Of a DNA stretch of 64,000 nucleotides, positions 29,891-40,031 are shown piece by piece (within the stretch, counting starts at the first letter, position 1; each line of letters starts with the position of its first letter). The stretch comes from an uncultured delta proteobacterium. GTDB taxonomy: Bacteria > Myxococcota_A > Polyangia > Polyangiales > JAFGIB01. A program made the translations under genes and the position numbers. The notes beneath the pieces were generated by a model. That model was not told the DNA's origin. It saw only the letters and a list, made by a program, of their open reading frames with translations, and ran no database searches. The DNA is taken from positions 1,472,001-1,536,000 of the forward strand of contig CAVZVA010000009.1 of assembly GCA_963778655.1 (NCBI GenBank), read 5' to 3'.

Positions 29891-30820
29891 ATGACGGCAC
29901 GCAGCAGGCGGATCGATTCGATCGTCGATGCGGTGGGCAACACGCCGATGGTGCGACTGCGCAACATCGGGCGCGAGACCCCAGACGTGAAGCTCTACCT
30001 GAAGCTCGAGTACTGCAATCCCGGCGGCTCGGTGAAGGACCGCCCTGCCCTGCAGATGATGCGCGACGCGATCGAGGACGGTCGCCTGACCAAGGACAAG
30101 ATCCTGATCGACGCCACCAGCGGCAACACCGGCGTCGCGTACTCGATCTTCGGCGCGGCGCTGGGCCAGCGCGTGCGGCTGGTGATGCCGTCCAACGTCT
30201 CGCAGGCGCGCAAGGACATCACGCAGGCGTTCGGCACCGAGCTGGTGCTCAGCGACCCGATGGAAGGCTCGGACGGCGCCATTCGGCTGTGCCGCGAGCT
30301 GGTCGACAAGGAGCCGGAACACTACTTCTACGCTGACCAGTACCGCAATCCGAGCAATCCGCGCGCCCACTACCTCGGCACCGGGCGCGAGATCCTGGAG
30401 CAGGTGGGCGGCGAGATCACCCACTTCGTGGCGGGCTTGGGGACCAGTGGTACGGCCATGGGCACTACGCGCAGGCTGCACGAGCACACGCGCAAGATCG
30501 TGTGCGTGGCGGCCCACCCGGCCGAGGCGCTGCACGGTCTCGAAGGGCTCAAGCACATGGCCAGCTCGATCGTACCCGAGATCTACGACCCGGCCGTGCC
30601 CGACGAGCACATGGCGATCGCCACCGAGGACGGCTGGGACATGGCCGACCGGCTGGCGCAGGAAGAAGGGCTGCACGTGGGCCACTCGACCGGCGCGAAC
30701 GTGTTCGCCGCCCTGCAGATCGCCAAGCGCATCGGCAAGGGCTGCGTGGTCACGGTCGCGTGCGATCGCGGCGACCGCTACTTCGCGCCGATGCGCTGGG
30801 AGAAGCACTATGAGTGGTGA
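29891..30820 (+). CDS. cysM: PLP-dependent cysteine synthase, CysM-like (probably carrier-thiocarboxylate dependent)
   Basis: KLEYCNPGGSVKDR, DATSGNTG, QYRNPSN, GLGTSGT, GLEGLKHM. Confidence 0.82.
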   Translation: MTARSRRIDSIVDAVGNTPMVRLRNIGRETPDVKLYLKLEYCNPGGSVKDRPALQMMRDAIEDGRLTKDKILIDATSGNTGVAYSIFGAALGQRVRLVMPSNVSQARKDITQAFGTELVLSDPMEGSDGAIRLCRELVDKEPEHYFYADQYRNPSNPRAHYLGTGREILEQVGGEITHFVAGLGTSGTAMGTTRRLHEHTRKIVCVAAHPAEALHGLEGLKHMASSIVPEIYDPAVPDEHMAIATEDGWDMADRLAQEEGLHVGHSTGANVFAALQIAKRIGKGCVVTVACDRGDRYFAPMRWEKHYEW

Positions 30821-31307
30821 ACGCCCCTGGATCGCCGGCGAGCTGGTGATCGCGCGCGCCGTGCTCGAGCAGATCCAAGCCCACGCGCTGCAGGACTATC
30901 CCGGCGAGGCGTGCGGCTTCGGCTCGGGACCGGCGGCAGAGGCGGCGAGCGTGGACGCCTGCGCCCGCCAGCAGAACGAGGCGGACAAGTACCACGCGCT
31001 GGACCCGGTCACCTTCCCGCGCACCTCGCGCATGTACTTCAAGATGAACGAGCTGCGCGCGGCGCGCGCGTTCGAGGACGGCGAGCGCGCGGGCCGCCCG
31101 ATCAAGTTGATCTACCACTCGCACTGCGACGCGGGCGCGTACTTCTCGAGCGAGGACGCGGCGACGTTCGCGGCCGGCGGCCAGTTGATGTGGCCGTGCG
31201 CGTTCCTGGTCGTCAGCGTGATGCAGGGCGCGCTGGCCGACACCAAGCTCTGGGTTCACGTCCCCGGCACCAACGACTTCCGCGAGTCGAGCTTCACGCT
31301 GCGATGA
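30810..31307 (+). CDS. JAMM/MPN+ metallopeptidase (Mec+-like)
   Basis: YPGEACG and YHSHCDAGAYFSSED (E...HxH-x7-S-x2-D). Confidence 0.92.
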   Translation: MSGERPWIAGELVIARAVLEQIQAHALQDYPGEACGFGSGPAAEAASVDACARQQNEADKYHALDPVTFPRTSRMYFKMNELRAARAFEDGERAGRPIKLIYHSHCDAGAYFSSEDAATFAAGGQLMWPCAFLVVSVMQGALADTKLWVHVPGTNDFRESSFTLR

Positions 31308-31340
31308 GCGCGCACCCGCACGCGCCTCGGCCAGGGGAAC

Positions 31341-31388
31341 ATGAAACAGGAAGGCGCGCAGGCTTCCCGTCTTCCCGTCTTGCTGTGA
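31341..31388. repeat. REP-like family A copy
   Basis: atgaaacaggaaggcg...cttcccgtcttcccgtcttgctgtga. Confidence 0.75.
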
Positions 31389-31434
31389 CTCCGAGGAACC
31401 GCTTGGCAGCAGGCACGCCCGTGATCGGAGGCCG

Positions 31435-33192
31435 ATGAGCGATCTGGCCGAGCGCGCGTGCGATCTGCTGATCGTCGGGGGCGGGGCTGCCGGCTGCGTG
31501 GCTGCGGTCGAGGCGCGCGAGCGTGCGCCCGAGCTCGACGTGATCGTGATGGAGAAGGCTCACGTGTACCGCAGCGGCTGTCTGGCCGCCGGCATCAGCG
31601 CGCTCAACGCCTACCTGCACCAGGGCGAGAGCCCCGAGTCGTTCCTGCGCTACGTGCTGCGCGACACGCTGGGCGTGGTGCGCGACGATCTCACGCTGAG
31701 CATGGCGGCCGAGCTCAACGAGCAGGTGCGCCGCGTGGAGTCCTGGGGGCTGCCGATTCCCAAGGACGAGCGCGAGCGGCCGCTCAGGCGCGGGCGGGCG
31801 TCGATCAAGATCTTCGGCGAGCGCCTCAAGCCGATCCTGGGCAAGCGCGCCGAGGCCTCGGGCGCGACCATCCTGAACCGCGTCAACGCCACCGGGCTCG
31901 CGCTGCGCGACGGCCGTGTGGTGGGCGCGTTCGGCGTGGGCACGCGCGACGGCCGCTTTTACTTCGTGCGCGCCAAGTGCGTGCTGGTCTGCACCGGCGG
32001 TGCCGCCGGCCTGTACCGCCCCAGCAATCCCGGGGAGGCCGCGCACCGCATGTGGTACTCGCCGTTCAACACCGGCGCCGGGCTGGCGATGGGGATCCGC
32101 GCGGGCGCGGAGATGACCTCGTTCGAGTTTCGCTTCATCCCGCTGCGCATCAAGGACGCGATCGCACCGACCGGCGAGATCGCGCAGTGGCTGGGCGCAC
32201 CGCAGATCAACGCGCTGGGCGAGCCCTACCTCGAGAAGCACTACGCGCACCTGGGCGGGCGCTCGATGACCACGCAGGATCGGCTCTACGCCACGCTGTT
32301 GGAACGGCGTGCGGGCCGCGGGCCGTGCTACCTCGACCTGCGCGGCATCAGCCCCAAGCGGCTGGAGGGCACGGTGGCCGCGTACCTGTCGATGGCGCCG
32401 GCCGGGGCGCTGATCATGAGCGACGAGGCGTACTACGCGCGCCACGGCGGGGAGCTGGCGCCGGTCGAGATCACCGGCGGCGAGCCGCACGTGGTCGGCG
32501 GCCACGGGCTGAGCGGCTACTGGATCGACGCGGCGCGCAAGACCAGCCTGCCGGGGCTGTGGGCCGCGGGCGACGTGGCGGGCGGCTCGCCCAAGAAGTA
32601 CGCCTCGGGGGCTTGGGCCGAGGCGGTGCTCGCCGTGCGCGACATGATCGAGCAGGCGCGACAGACGCCCGAGCCGGCCGGCGACCCCGAGCAGCTGCAG
32701 CGCGAGCGGGCGCGCGCGCTCGCGCCCGTCGCGCAGCAGGACGGAGTCGCGCCGGGCGCGCTCGAGGAACGCCTGCAAAAGGTGATGGACGAGTACGCGG
32801 GCGGGATCAGCAGCGGCTACGGCTACAGCGAGGGCGAGCTGCGCATCGCGCGCCTGCACCTCGCGCGGCTGGAGCAAGAGCTGTCGCGGCTGCAGGCGCC
32901 CACGCCCTTCGAGTTGATGCAGTGCCACGAGGTGGTCGACCGGGTCGAGGTCGCGCGCGCGCTGGTCGAGCACATGGCGTACCGGCGCGAGACGCGCTGG
33001 CACTGCTACCAAGAGCGGCTCGACTACCCCGAGCGCGATGACGCGCGCTGGATGGTATTCGTCAACAGCGTGCGCGGCGCCGACGGCACCTTCAGCATGG
33101 TCGAGCGCCCGGTGGAGCGAGCCAAGATCGAGGTCCACCTGCCGCCGCTGGCGGACGGCGCGGTGATCCGCGGCGGCCCGCGCGGGCGCTGA
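31435..33192 (+). CDS. aprA: Adenylylsulfate (APS) reductase alpha subunit-like flavoprotein
   Basis: GGGAAG FAD motif, EKA..YRSGCLAAGISALNAY, WYSPFNTG, FEFRFIPLR.KD...P, EPHVVGGH..SGYW, RRETRW; followed by an AprB-like ferredoxin. Confidence 0.85.
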   Translation: MSDLAERACDLLIVGGGAAGCVAAVEARERAPELDVIVMEKAHVYRSGCLAAGISALNAYLHQGESPESFLRYVLRDTLGVVRDDLTLSMAAELNEQVRRVESWGLPIPKDERERPLRRGRASIKIFGERLKPILGKRAEASGATILNRVNATGLALRDGRVVGAFGVGTRDGRFYFVRAKCVLVCTGGAAGLYRPSNPGEAAHRMWYSPFNTGAGLAMGIRAGAEMTSFEFRFIPLRIKDAIAPTGEIAQWLGAPQINALGEPYLEKHYAHLGGRSMTTQDRLYATLLERRAGRGPCYLDLRGISPKRLEGTVAAYLSMAPAGALIMSDEAYYARHGGELAPVEITGGEPHVVGGHGLSGYWIDAARKTSLPGLWAAGDVAGGSPKKYASGAWAEAVLAVRDMIEQARQTPEPAGDPEQLQRERARALAPVAQQDGVAPGALEERLQKVMDEYAGGISSGYGYSEGELRIARLHLARLEQELSRLQAPTPFELMQCHEVVDRVEVARALVEHMAYRRETRWHCYQERLDYPERDDARWMVFVNSVRGADGTFSMVERPVERAKIEVHLPPLADGAVIRGGPRGR

Positions 33193-33225
33193 AGGGAGCG
33201 CGGCTGGCATGGACGCGTCGAGCCA

Positions 33226-33289
33226 ATGCAACAGGAAGGCGGCAAGAGGGGGCTTCCTCCGGGCTTCCCGCCTTCCCGTCTTCCTGTGA
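33226..33289. repeat. REP-like family A copy
   Basis: atgcaacaggaaggcgg...cttcccgccttcccgtcttcctgtga between aprA and aprB. Confidence 0.8.
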
Positions 33290-33317
33290 TCTCCGCCGAG
33301 CCTGGGGAACCACGCAC

Positions 33318-33659
33318 ATGGGAATCTACGTCGACGAGCAGGTCTGCAATCGCTGTGGCACAGCCGAGGAGCCGATGTGCGTGCGCGACTGTCCGGGCGA
33401 TCTGATGCTGATCAAGCCCAATCAAAAGGCGGCCATCATCGACAACCGCGAGTGCTGGGACTGCGCGGCGTGCGTGAAGGTCTGTCCCACCCAGGCGATC
33501 GAGTTGCGGCTGGCGCCCAGCCTGCTGCCCCACGGGGTGAGCCTGCGGGGGCGCGCGCTCAAGCACAAGACCGAGTGGCGTATCCGCCTGCGCGACGGCG
33601 AGGAGCGCAGCTACGAGACGCCCAGCACCGGACGGCCGCCGTTCGCGCCCAGCCTATAG
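33318..33659 (+). CDS. aprB: APS reductase beta subunit-like 2[4Fe-4S] ferredoxin
   Basis: CNRC-x7-CVRDCP.DLM and ECWDCAACVKVCP. Confidence 0.82.
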   Translation: MGIYVDEQVCNRCGTAEEPMCVRDCPGDLMLIKPNQKAAIIDNRECWDCAACVKVCPTQAIELRLAPSLLPHGVSLRGRALKHKTEWRIRLRDGEERSYETPSTGRPPFAPSL

Positions 33660-33727
33660 GCGGCAGGAGATCCGAGCCCAGACCCGCGTGCTGGCACGCG
33701 CGGGGGTGCGGTGATACACCGGTGCAG

Positions 33728-34540
33728 ATGGCCGTGGTGGAGGACAAGCTCGAGCGCCTGCGCGCGTTGTTGGGCGAGCTGGGCTCGGTCGTAGTGGCCT
33801 ACAGCGGCGGGCTCGACAGCGCCTTCGTGCTCGCAGTGGCCAGCGCGGTGCTGGGCGAGAAGGCGCTCGGCTTCACCGCCGTGAGCCCCTCGCTGCCGGA
33901 GCGCGAGCGCCAGGACGCCGAGCGCATCGCCCGCGTGCTCGGCGCGCGCCACGAGTGCGTGGCCTCGGACGAGATCCACAACGCCAGCTATGCCAGCAAC
34001 CCCGTCGATCGCTGCTTCCACTGCAAGAGCGAGCTCTACACCCTGACCGAGCGCAGGCGCGCCGAGCTCGGCTTCGCCCACGTGGTCAACGGCACCAACA
34101 TAGACGACCTGGGCGACTACCGCCCGGGGCTGCGCGCCGCCGAGCAGGCCGGCGTGCGCAGCCCGCTGGTCGAGGCGGGATTGCACAAGCACGAGGTGCG
34201 CGCGCTGGCGCGCGGGCTCGGGCTCGCGTTCTGGGATAAGCCCGCGGCCGCGTGTCTGAGCTCACGCATCCCCTACGGCACCGCCGTCACGCCGGATCGG
34301 CTGCGCCAGATCGAGCAGCTCGAGGACGCGCTGCACGCGCTGGGCCTGCGCCAGCTGCGAGTGCGCTACCACGGCGAGCTGGCGCGCATCGAGGTGGGCA
34401 AGGACGAGCTCGAGCGTGCGTTTGCCGCGCGCGAGGCGATCATGGCCGCCGGCAAGGCCGCCGGATTCACCTTCGTCACGCTCGATCTGGCCGGCTACCG
34501 CAGCGGATCGCTCAACGAGCTGCTGCGCGTGCTGCAGTAG
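33728..34540 (+). CDS. larE: LarE-family ATP-dependent sulfur transferase
   Basis: PP-loop AYSGGLDS, RCFHCK, GTN.DDLGDYRPG, PAAACLSSRIPYG, LDLAGYRSGSLN. Confidence 0.9.
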   Translation: MAVVEDKLERLRALLGELGSVVVAYSGGLDSAFVLAVASAVLGEKALGFTAVSPSLPERERQDAERIARVLGARHECVASDEIHNASYASNPVDRCFHCKSELYTLTERRRAELGFAHVVNGTNIDDLGDYRPGLRAAEQAGVRSPLVEAGLHKHEVRALARGLGLAFWDKPAAACLSSRIPYGTAVTPDRLRQIEQLEDALHALGLRQLRVRYHGELARIEVGKDELERAFAAREAIMAAGKAAGFTFVTLDLAGYRSGSLNELLRVLQ

Positions 34541-34625
34541 CGGGCCAGGCCGCGCGCGGATTGACCGTAGGCGGCGCCGGACCGGGCTCAACAGCAAGCC
34601 GGGAAGCACGACTTCCGCAGGAGAT

Positions 34626-35045
34626 CTACTCCGACTCGGTCTCGCCGGCGTCCGGCGGCGCCTCGCTCTTGCCGCCGCGGCTGCGGGTGTCGTTCTCGCG
34701 GGTCGAGCGCAGCCGAGCCGCCTTGCCCTGCAGCTCGCGCAGGTAGAACAGCCGCGCGCGCCGCACGCGGCCGTGGCTGACCACCTCGAGCTTCTCGATG
34801 CGGGGCGAGTGATACGGGAACAGTCGCTCGACGCCGACGCCACTGCTGCGCTTGCGCACGCAGAAGGTGCGGCCGATACCTCCGCCCGACTTGCGGATCA
34901 CCGTGCCTTGAAACACCTGGATGCGTTCCTTATCGCCCTCGGTGATCCGATAGTGGACCCGCACCGTGTCGCCGACCCGGAAGCTCGGCAGCTCGCGCTG
35001 GGCGGCCTTGGCAAGGGCTTCGATTTGCGGAACGAACTGACCCAT
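34626..35045 (-). CDS. rplS: 50S ribosomal protein L19
   Basis: [37 protein letters not shown]. Confidence 0.97.
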   Translation of the reverse strand: MGQFVPQIEALAKAAQRELPSFRVGDTVRVHYRITEGDKERIQVFQGTVIRKSGGGIGRTFCVRKRSSGVGVERLFPYHSPRIEKLEVVSHGRVRRARLFYLRELQGKAARLRSTRENDTRSRGGKSEAPPDAGETESE

Positions 35046-35103
35046 CGTGCGCTCTCCGGGCTGGTTACAGGGCTGCGTACGCTGCCACGCGTGCCGCGCT
35101 CCG

Positions 35104-35685
35104 TCAACGTTCTCCGCCACTGGGAAGCGCGAGCAGCCGGTCGAGCACGATCGCAGCGGCCGCACGCACCGACAGGTGATTGTAGTCGCCCGGGCCCGCG
35201 ATCGGCTCGAGCAGCAGATCGGCCTGCGCCAGCACCGGATCGGCCAGCCCGTGCCCGGTGCCGAAAAGTATCAAAAACGCTTCATCCTCGGTGGCGAGCC
35301 GCGCGCGGAGCGCGGAGAACGAGGTGGACGCCCGGCCGGGCTCGGACCGCGCCGAGGTCGCGACCAAGAGCGGCCGGCGCCCCTCGCGCGCCTCGAGCTC
35401 GGCCAGCACCTGCTGCAGGCTCGCAACCGGCTGACACAGCGCAAGTGCCACCTGCCGCTCGGGGATGCGCCGGCGTCCGGCCCCGGTGCTCCAGTGCTCG
35501 ATGATGCGCTGCACCAGCAGGTGCTGCGCCTCGATCGGCGTGACCACGTAGTAGCGCTCCACGCCGTAGGTGCGCGCGCTGCGCGCGATGTCGTGCACGT
35601 CGAGGTTGGTGACGGCCGTGGTCACGCACTGCCCGTCGCGGTCGCGCACCGGGTAGTGCAGCAGCGCGCAATACACGCGGCTCAC
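35104..35685 (-). CDS. SPOUT-type RNA methyltransferase (TrmD-associated family)
   Basis: [50 protein letters not shown]. Confidence 0.85.
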   Translation of the reverse strand: MSRVYCALLHYPVRDRDGQCVTTAVTNLDVHDIARSARTYGVERYYVVTPIEAQHLLVQRIIEHWSTGAGRRRIPERQVALALCQPVASLQQVLAELEAREGRRPLLVATSARSEPGRASTSFSALRARLATEDEAFLILFGTGHGLADPVLAQADLLLEPIAGPGDYNHLSVRAAAAIVLDRLLALPSGGER

Positions 35686-36416
35686 TCGGGCTCCTCGAGC
35701 AGCGCGCGGTCGGCCGCGGCGAGCTGCAGGCGCGCGAACAGGTCAGGCCGCAGCGCGCGCGTGCGCAGCAGCGCTTGCTTGCGCCGCCAGCGCGCGATCG
35801 CGGCGTGGTTGCCCGAGAGCAGCACCGCCGGCACCTCCAGCCCGCGGAAGCTGCGCGGGCGCGTGTACTGCGGGTACTCGAGCAGACCGGAGGCGTGCGA
35901 CTCCTCGGCCAGCGAGCCGGCGTTGCCCAGCACGCCGGGCAGCAGGCGCGCCACCGCCTCGATGATCGCCATCGCCGCGACCTCGCCGCCGTTGAGCACG
36001 AAGTCGCCCAGCGAGAGCTGCTCGTCGCACAGCCCGCTCACCCGCTCGTCCACACCCTCGTAGCGGCCGCACACCAGCATCACGCCGGCCAGCGCGCTCA
36101 GGCGCTGCGCGTCGGCCTGTGCAAACGGCTTGCCCTGCGGGCTGAGCAGGATGCGGCGGCAGCGCGCCTCGCCCGCCTGTTCCCGCTCGCGATCGCGCGC
36201 GTCCATCGCCAGCGCCAGCGGCTCGGGCAGCATGACCATGCCGCTGCCCCCGCCGTAGGGCGCGTCGTCGACGCTGTTGTGCTTGTCGGCGGTGAACGCG
36301 CGCGGCGAGCTGGCCTGCACGCGCAGCACGCCCGCCTGCACCGCCTTGGCCAGTAGCCCGACGCCCGCGAACGCGTCGATCAGCTCGGGGAAGATCGTGA
36401 TGACATCAAAGCGCAT
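35682..36416 (-). CDS. trmD: tRNA (guanine37-N1)-methyltransferase
   Basis: [43 protein letters not shown]. Confidence 0.97.
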   Translation of the reverse strand: MRFDVITIFPELIDAFAGVGLLAKAVQAGVLRVQASSPRAFTADKHNSVDDAPYGGGSGMVMLPEPLALAMDARDREREQAGEARCRRILLSPQGKPFAQADAQRLSALAGVMLVCGRYEGVDERVSGLCDEQLSLGDFVLNGGEVAAMAIIEAVARLLPGVLGNAGSLAEESHASGLLEYPQYTRPRSFRGLEVPAVLLSGNHAAIARWRRKQALLRTRALRPDLFARLQLAAADRALLEEPE

Positions 36417-36418
36417 GG

Positions 36419-36991
36419 TCAGCGGGACGCTCGGCTCGCCGGCAGCAACTCGAGGTCTTCCAGGTGATCCACGATCACGCGCCCCTCGTCGAGCCGAACC
36501 TCGACCAGATAGGGCTCGCACAGTGGAATCTCGAGCGCGCCACCCTCCACCCGCACCCGCAGCACCTGGGAAGCGGGGTACGCGATCGCCTCCTCCACCG
36601 TGCCCACCTCCTGCCCGCCGGCGCGCTCGGCGCGCAGGCCGATCAGGTCGACGAGATAGTGCTCGCCGGACGGCAGCGGCGGGAGGCTGGCTCGCGCCAC
36701 GCACAGCTCGACCCCGCGCAGGGCCGCGGCCGCATCGCGATCGCGGCAGCCCTCGATCGCGATCAGCCACTGCCCGCGGCCGTGCGGCCGCGCGGCTCGT
36801 ACGCGTGCGGGGCTCGCGCCCGCACCCTCGCCGGGCCGCCGCAACACCAGCTGCGGCCGCCCCGAGAGCAGCTCCGAGCTGGGGTTGTAGAGCTTCACCT
36901 TTAGCTCGCCGCGCAGCCCGTGCGCCCCGGTCACCACCGCCAGCGCGACCAGCTTGTCCCCCACGTCCACCCGGGGACGCTCTTCCCCCAT
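36419..36991 (-). CDS. rimM: Ribosome maturation factor RimM
   Basis: [26 protein letters not shown]; conserved rpsP-KH-rimM-trmD-rplS order. Confidence 0.93.
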   Translation of the reverse strand: MGEERPRVDVGDKLVALAVVTGAHGLRGELKVKLYNPSSELLSGRPQLVLRRPGEGAGASPARVRAARPHGRGQWLIAIEGCRDRDAAAALRGVELCVARASLPPLPSGEHYLVDLIGLRAERAGGQEVGTVEEAIAYPASQVLRVRVEGGALEIPLCEPYLVEVRLDEGRVIVDHLEDLELLPASRASR

Positions 36992-37010
36992 CAGCCTCCC
37001 CTTGCCCGGC

Positions 37011-37250
37011 CTATTCGAGGATCTCGAGCACCGCCCGCTTGCTCTGCTTGGCCGAGGTCGCGGCCAGCAGCGTGCGCATGGCGCGCGCGGTGCGGCCGTC
37101 CTTGCCGATCACTTTGCCCAGGTCTCCCTCGCCCACCGTCAGCTCGAGGATGATGGTCTTCTCCCCCTCGATCGCCCGCACCTGAACCGCGTCCGGGTCG
37201 TCGACCAGAGCCTTGGCGATGAATGCGATGAGCTCCTTGAGGTCGTCCAT
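37011..37250 (-). CDS. khpA: KH-domain RNA-binding protein
   Basis: [30 protein letters not shown]. Confidence 0.93.
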   Translation of the reverse strand: MDDLKELIAFIAKALVDDPDAVQVRAIEGEKTIILELTVGEGDLGKVIGKDGRTARAMRTLLAATSAKQSKRAVLEILE

Positions 37251-37258
37251 CCGCGTGC

Positions 37259-37513
37259 TCAGCCGGCCGTGGCCGGCGCCTTGGCCTGCTCGCGGATGAC
37301 CTTCTTGAGCGGCACGCTGATCTGCGCGCCCACGCCGACCCAGTGCTGTAAGCGATCGCGATCGATACGGGCTTCGGCCATCGGCCGCGCCGGATCGTAG
37401 GTGCCGATGTGCTCGATGAAGCGCCCGTCGCGCGCGTTTTCGGAGTCGGTCACGACGATGTGATAGAAGGGGTGCTTTTTCGCGCCGCGGCGCGCAAAAC
37501 GAATCGTTACCAT
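37259..37513 (-). CDS. rpsP: 30S ribosomal protein S16
   Basis: [19 protein letters not shown]...RDGRFIE.IG.YDP. Confidence 0.97.
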   Translation of the reverse strand: MVTIRFARRGAKKHPFYHIVVTDSENARDGRFIEHIGTYDPARPMAEARIDRDRLQHWVGVGAQISVPLKKVIREQAKAPATAG

Positions 37514-37572
37514 GGGTTGCGACGTTCCTTCGGAGTCGGCCGGGGCCCGTCCGGGGCCCTCGCGGGTGCAGC

Positions 37573-37601
37573 AAGCTACCCGCGACGCCTGTGGGCGTCA
37601 A
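37573..37601 (-). promoter_or_regulatory. Putative sigma70 promoter for the rpsP operon
   Basis: Minus strand TTGACG-N17-TAGCTT, about 60 nt upstream of rpsP. Confidence 0.5.
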
Positions 37602-37664
37602 GTCGCGTGCGCGCGCGCACCTGCGCGCTCGCCCGCGCGTGTCGGGCGGTATACCAAGGGCGGC

Positions 37665-39396
37665 ATGATCACCACCTGCCGCACGCGCGCGCTCGGCCTG
37701 CTGCTGGCGATCGCGCTGCCCGCGCTCGCGGCCGGCTGCGGCGACGGGGAGCGCCCGCCCAGCACGCGCACACCCGCACGGCCCTCGCGGCCGAGCTTGC
37801 GACTGGTCGCGATCACCGATTCTCAGCGGCTTTCTCGAGCCCTGTGGCTGTCAGAGCCGGCCGCTCGGCGGCATCGACAAGGCGGCCGCGCAGCTGCGGG
37901 CGCTGCGCGCCGACGGCGTGCCCACGCTGTTCGTGTCCGCCGGCAATCTGCTGTTCGCCTCCGAGTCCACGGGCGAGCCGCGCCTCGATGGCGACGCCGA
38001 GGAGGTGGCACTGCAGCAGCGCTGGCAGGCCGAGACGCTGGCCACGATCCTCGGCCGGCAGTCGCTGCTGGCGGCGGTGCCGGGCCCCGCGGATCTGCGT
38101 AACGGCGCGCCCGCGCTGCTGGCGCTGGCCAAGCGCGGCGGGCTGCACCTGCTCGACGCGGCCCGCGCGCCCGCGCAGCCCGCCGCGGCAAGCACGCCGG
38201 GCACGCAGCCGGCCGCGGCCCCGGCGCAGGGCTTCGGCGACAGCCTGCTGGTGACGTTGGGCGGCGTGCGAGTGGGCGTATGGGGGCTGCGCGACCCGAG
38301 CCTGGACGCGAGCGGCGCGGCGGCGCCGAGCGATCTGCGCGCGCAGGCCGCGGCGCTCACGAAGCAGCTGCGCGCGCGGGGCGCGCAGCTGGTGGTGGGC
38401 CTGATCACGGCCGATGCGCGCGCGGCGCGGCGGGTGGCCGGCGCGGTCTCGGGGCTCGACTTTCTGGTCCAGGGCGGCAGCGATCGGGCCGAGGTGCCGC
38501 CACCCGAGCGCATCGGAACGACCACACTGTTGCGCGCGGCGCATCGCGGCCACGGCTTGCTGGTGGTCGACCTCACGCGCGTGGGCGACGGCCCGTTCGC
38601 CGACCAGAGCGCGTGGACGCGGCAGGCGCAGCGGCAGGCGCTGCAGCGCGAAGCGGCCGAGCTTGCGTCGCGGATCGAGGAGTGGCAACGCGATCCGAGC
38701 GTGGACCGCACGCTGCTCGCGCAGCAGCAGGCGCGGCTGGCGCAGATGCGCGCGCGGCTGGCGGACGGCGAGCCGCCGCAGGCCGTAGCGGGCAATGCGT
38801 TCTCGGCTCGCTTCGTGGAGCTCGGCCCGGGCGAGCGCGAAGATCCCGAGACGCGCAAGCTGCTCGACGCGTACAACAAGCGCATCAACGAGCACAACCG
38901 CGAGGCGCTCGCGCATCTGTTGCCGCGGCCGGCGCCGCCCGGCACAGCGAGCTACATCGGCTCGGAGCGCTGCGGCAGCTGCCACGCCGCGGCGCTGGCT
39001 TGGTGGAAAGGCCAGGCGCACGGACACGCCTACGCCACGCTGGTGGGGCGCGATTCGCAGTACAACCTGAGCTGCGTCGGCTGTCACGTCACCGGCTACA
39101 ACCAGCCCGGCGGCTCCACCGTGGTGCACAACCAGGGCCTGACCAACGTGGGCTGCGAGAGCTGTCACGGGCCGGGCAGCCTGCACGCAGCCGATCCACA
39201 CGACAAGGGCAGCCACGACGTGCGCAGGCAGGTGCCCGAAGAGGTGTGCCGCCACTGCCACAACCCCGAGCACAGCGATCGCTTCTCGTACGCGGTCTAC
39301 GAGCCGCGCCTGCTCGCGCCCGGGCACGGGCTGCCGGCCAAGGGCACGGCGTCGCCCGCGGCTCCGGCGGCCGGTGCCAAGGCGGCCGCGCCATGA
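37665..39396 (+). CDS. Lipoprotein: 5'-nucleotidase/metallophosphoesterase-like domain fused to a tetraheme c-type cytochrome (apparent +1 frameshift near 37821)
   Basis: Lipobox LAAG-C; after removing one base it reads [21 protein letters not shown]...FVSAGNLL; four CxxCH motifs (CGSCH, CVGCH, CESCH, CRHCH). Confidence 0.8.
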
Positions 39397-39869
39397 GCGG
39401 CCGCGCGATCGCGGGCGCGGCCGTGCTCGCCGCGCTGCTGCTCGCGGCCGCCGGTTGCGGCGGCAGCGCGCCGCTGCGGGCGCAGGGCGCGCGCTTCTCG
39501 CGCGAGCCCGACCCGGTGGCCTCGGATTACGACGGGCGCAAGCCGGTGGTGGTGCTGCAGGGCGAGGCCACGTACTACAGCGACGCGCTCGCGGGCAACC
39601 ACACCGCCAGCGGCGATCGCTACGATCCGGCGCGGCTGACCGCGGCCAGCCGCGACCTGCCGTTCGGCAGCATCGTGCGCGTGACCCGCCGCGACACCGG
39701 CGCGCAGGTGGTGGTCCGCATCAACGACCGCGGCCCCTTCGGCAAGCGCCGTCGCATCCTGGACCTCTCGCGCGCGGCAGCCCGACAGCTCGGCATCCTG
39801 CACCGCGGCGTGTGCGAAGTCCGCGCCGAAGTGCTGGTCCTCGGCCCGATGCACAAACGCAAACACTGA
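39393..39869 (+). CDS. rlpA: RlpA-family lytic transglycosylase lipoprotein
   Basis: GEATYY, TASGDRYD, TAASRDLPFG, RINDRGPF, ILDLSRAAA; lipobox. Confidence 0.9.
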   Translation: MSGRAIAGAAVLAALLLAAAGCGGSAPLRAQGARFSREPDPVASDYDGRKPVVVLQGEATYYSDALAGNHTASGDRYDPARLTAASRDLPFGSIVRVTRRDTGAQVVVRINDRGPFGKRRRILDLSRAAARQLGILHRGVCEVRAEVLVLGPMHKRKH

Positions 39870-39908
39870 TCCCGCCCACCGGTGAGCGCCTCGAGCCGCA
39901 GACGCAAC

Positions 39909-40031
39909 AGCTCCCGTCCAGAACCGTTCAGGAGCGAGCGCCTCCGGAGCCCCGGACCGGGGCGTACTCTTGTGCGCCGCAGGGCAGGGGCGAGGAGGTG
40001 AGCCGCTCCTGGGCGGTTCTGGACGGGAGCT
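39909..40031. mobile_element. MITE-like element, family B, 123 bp
   Basis: Perfect 18-bp terminal inverted repeats agctcccgtccagaaccg / cggttctggacgggagct; interior homologous to 53076-53195. Confidence 0.7.

Noticed and set aside
31435..33659. Evidence of dissimilatory sulfate reduction
   Set aside because: No sat, qmo or dsr genes in the window; the context is cysteine biosynthesis.
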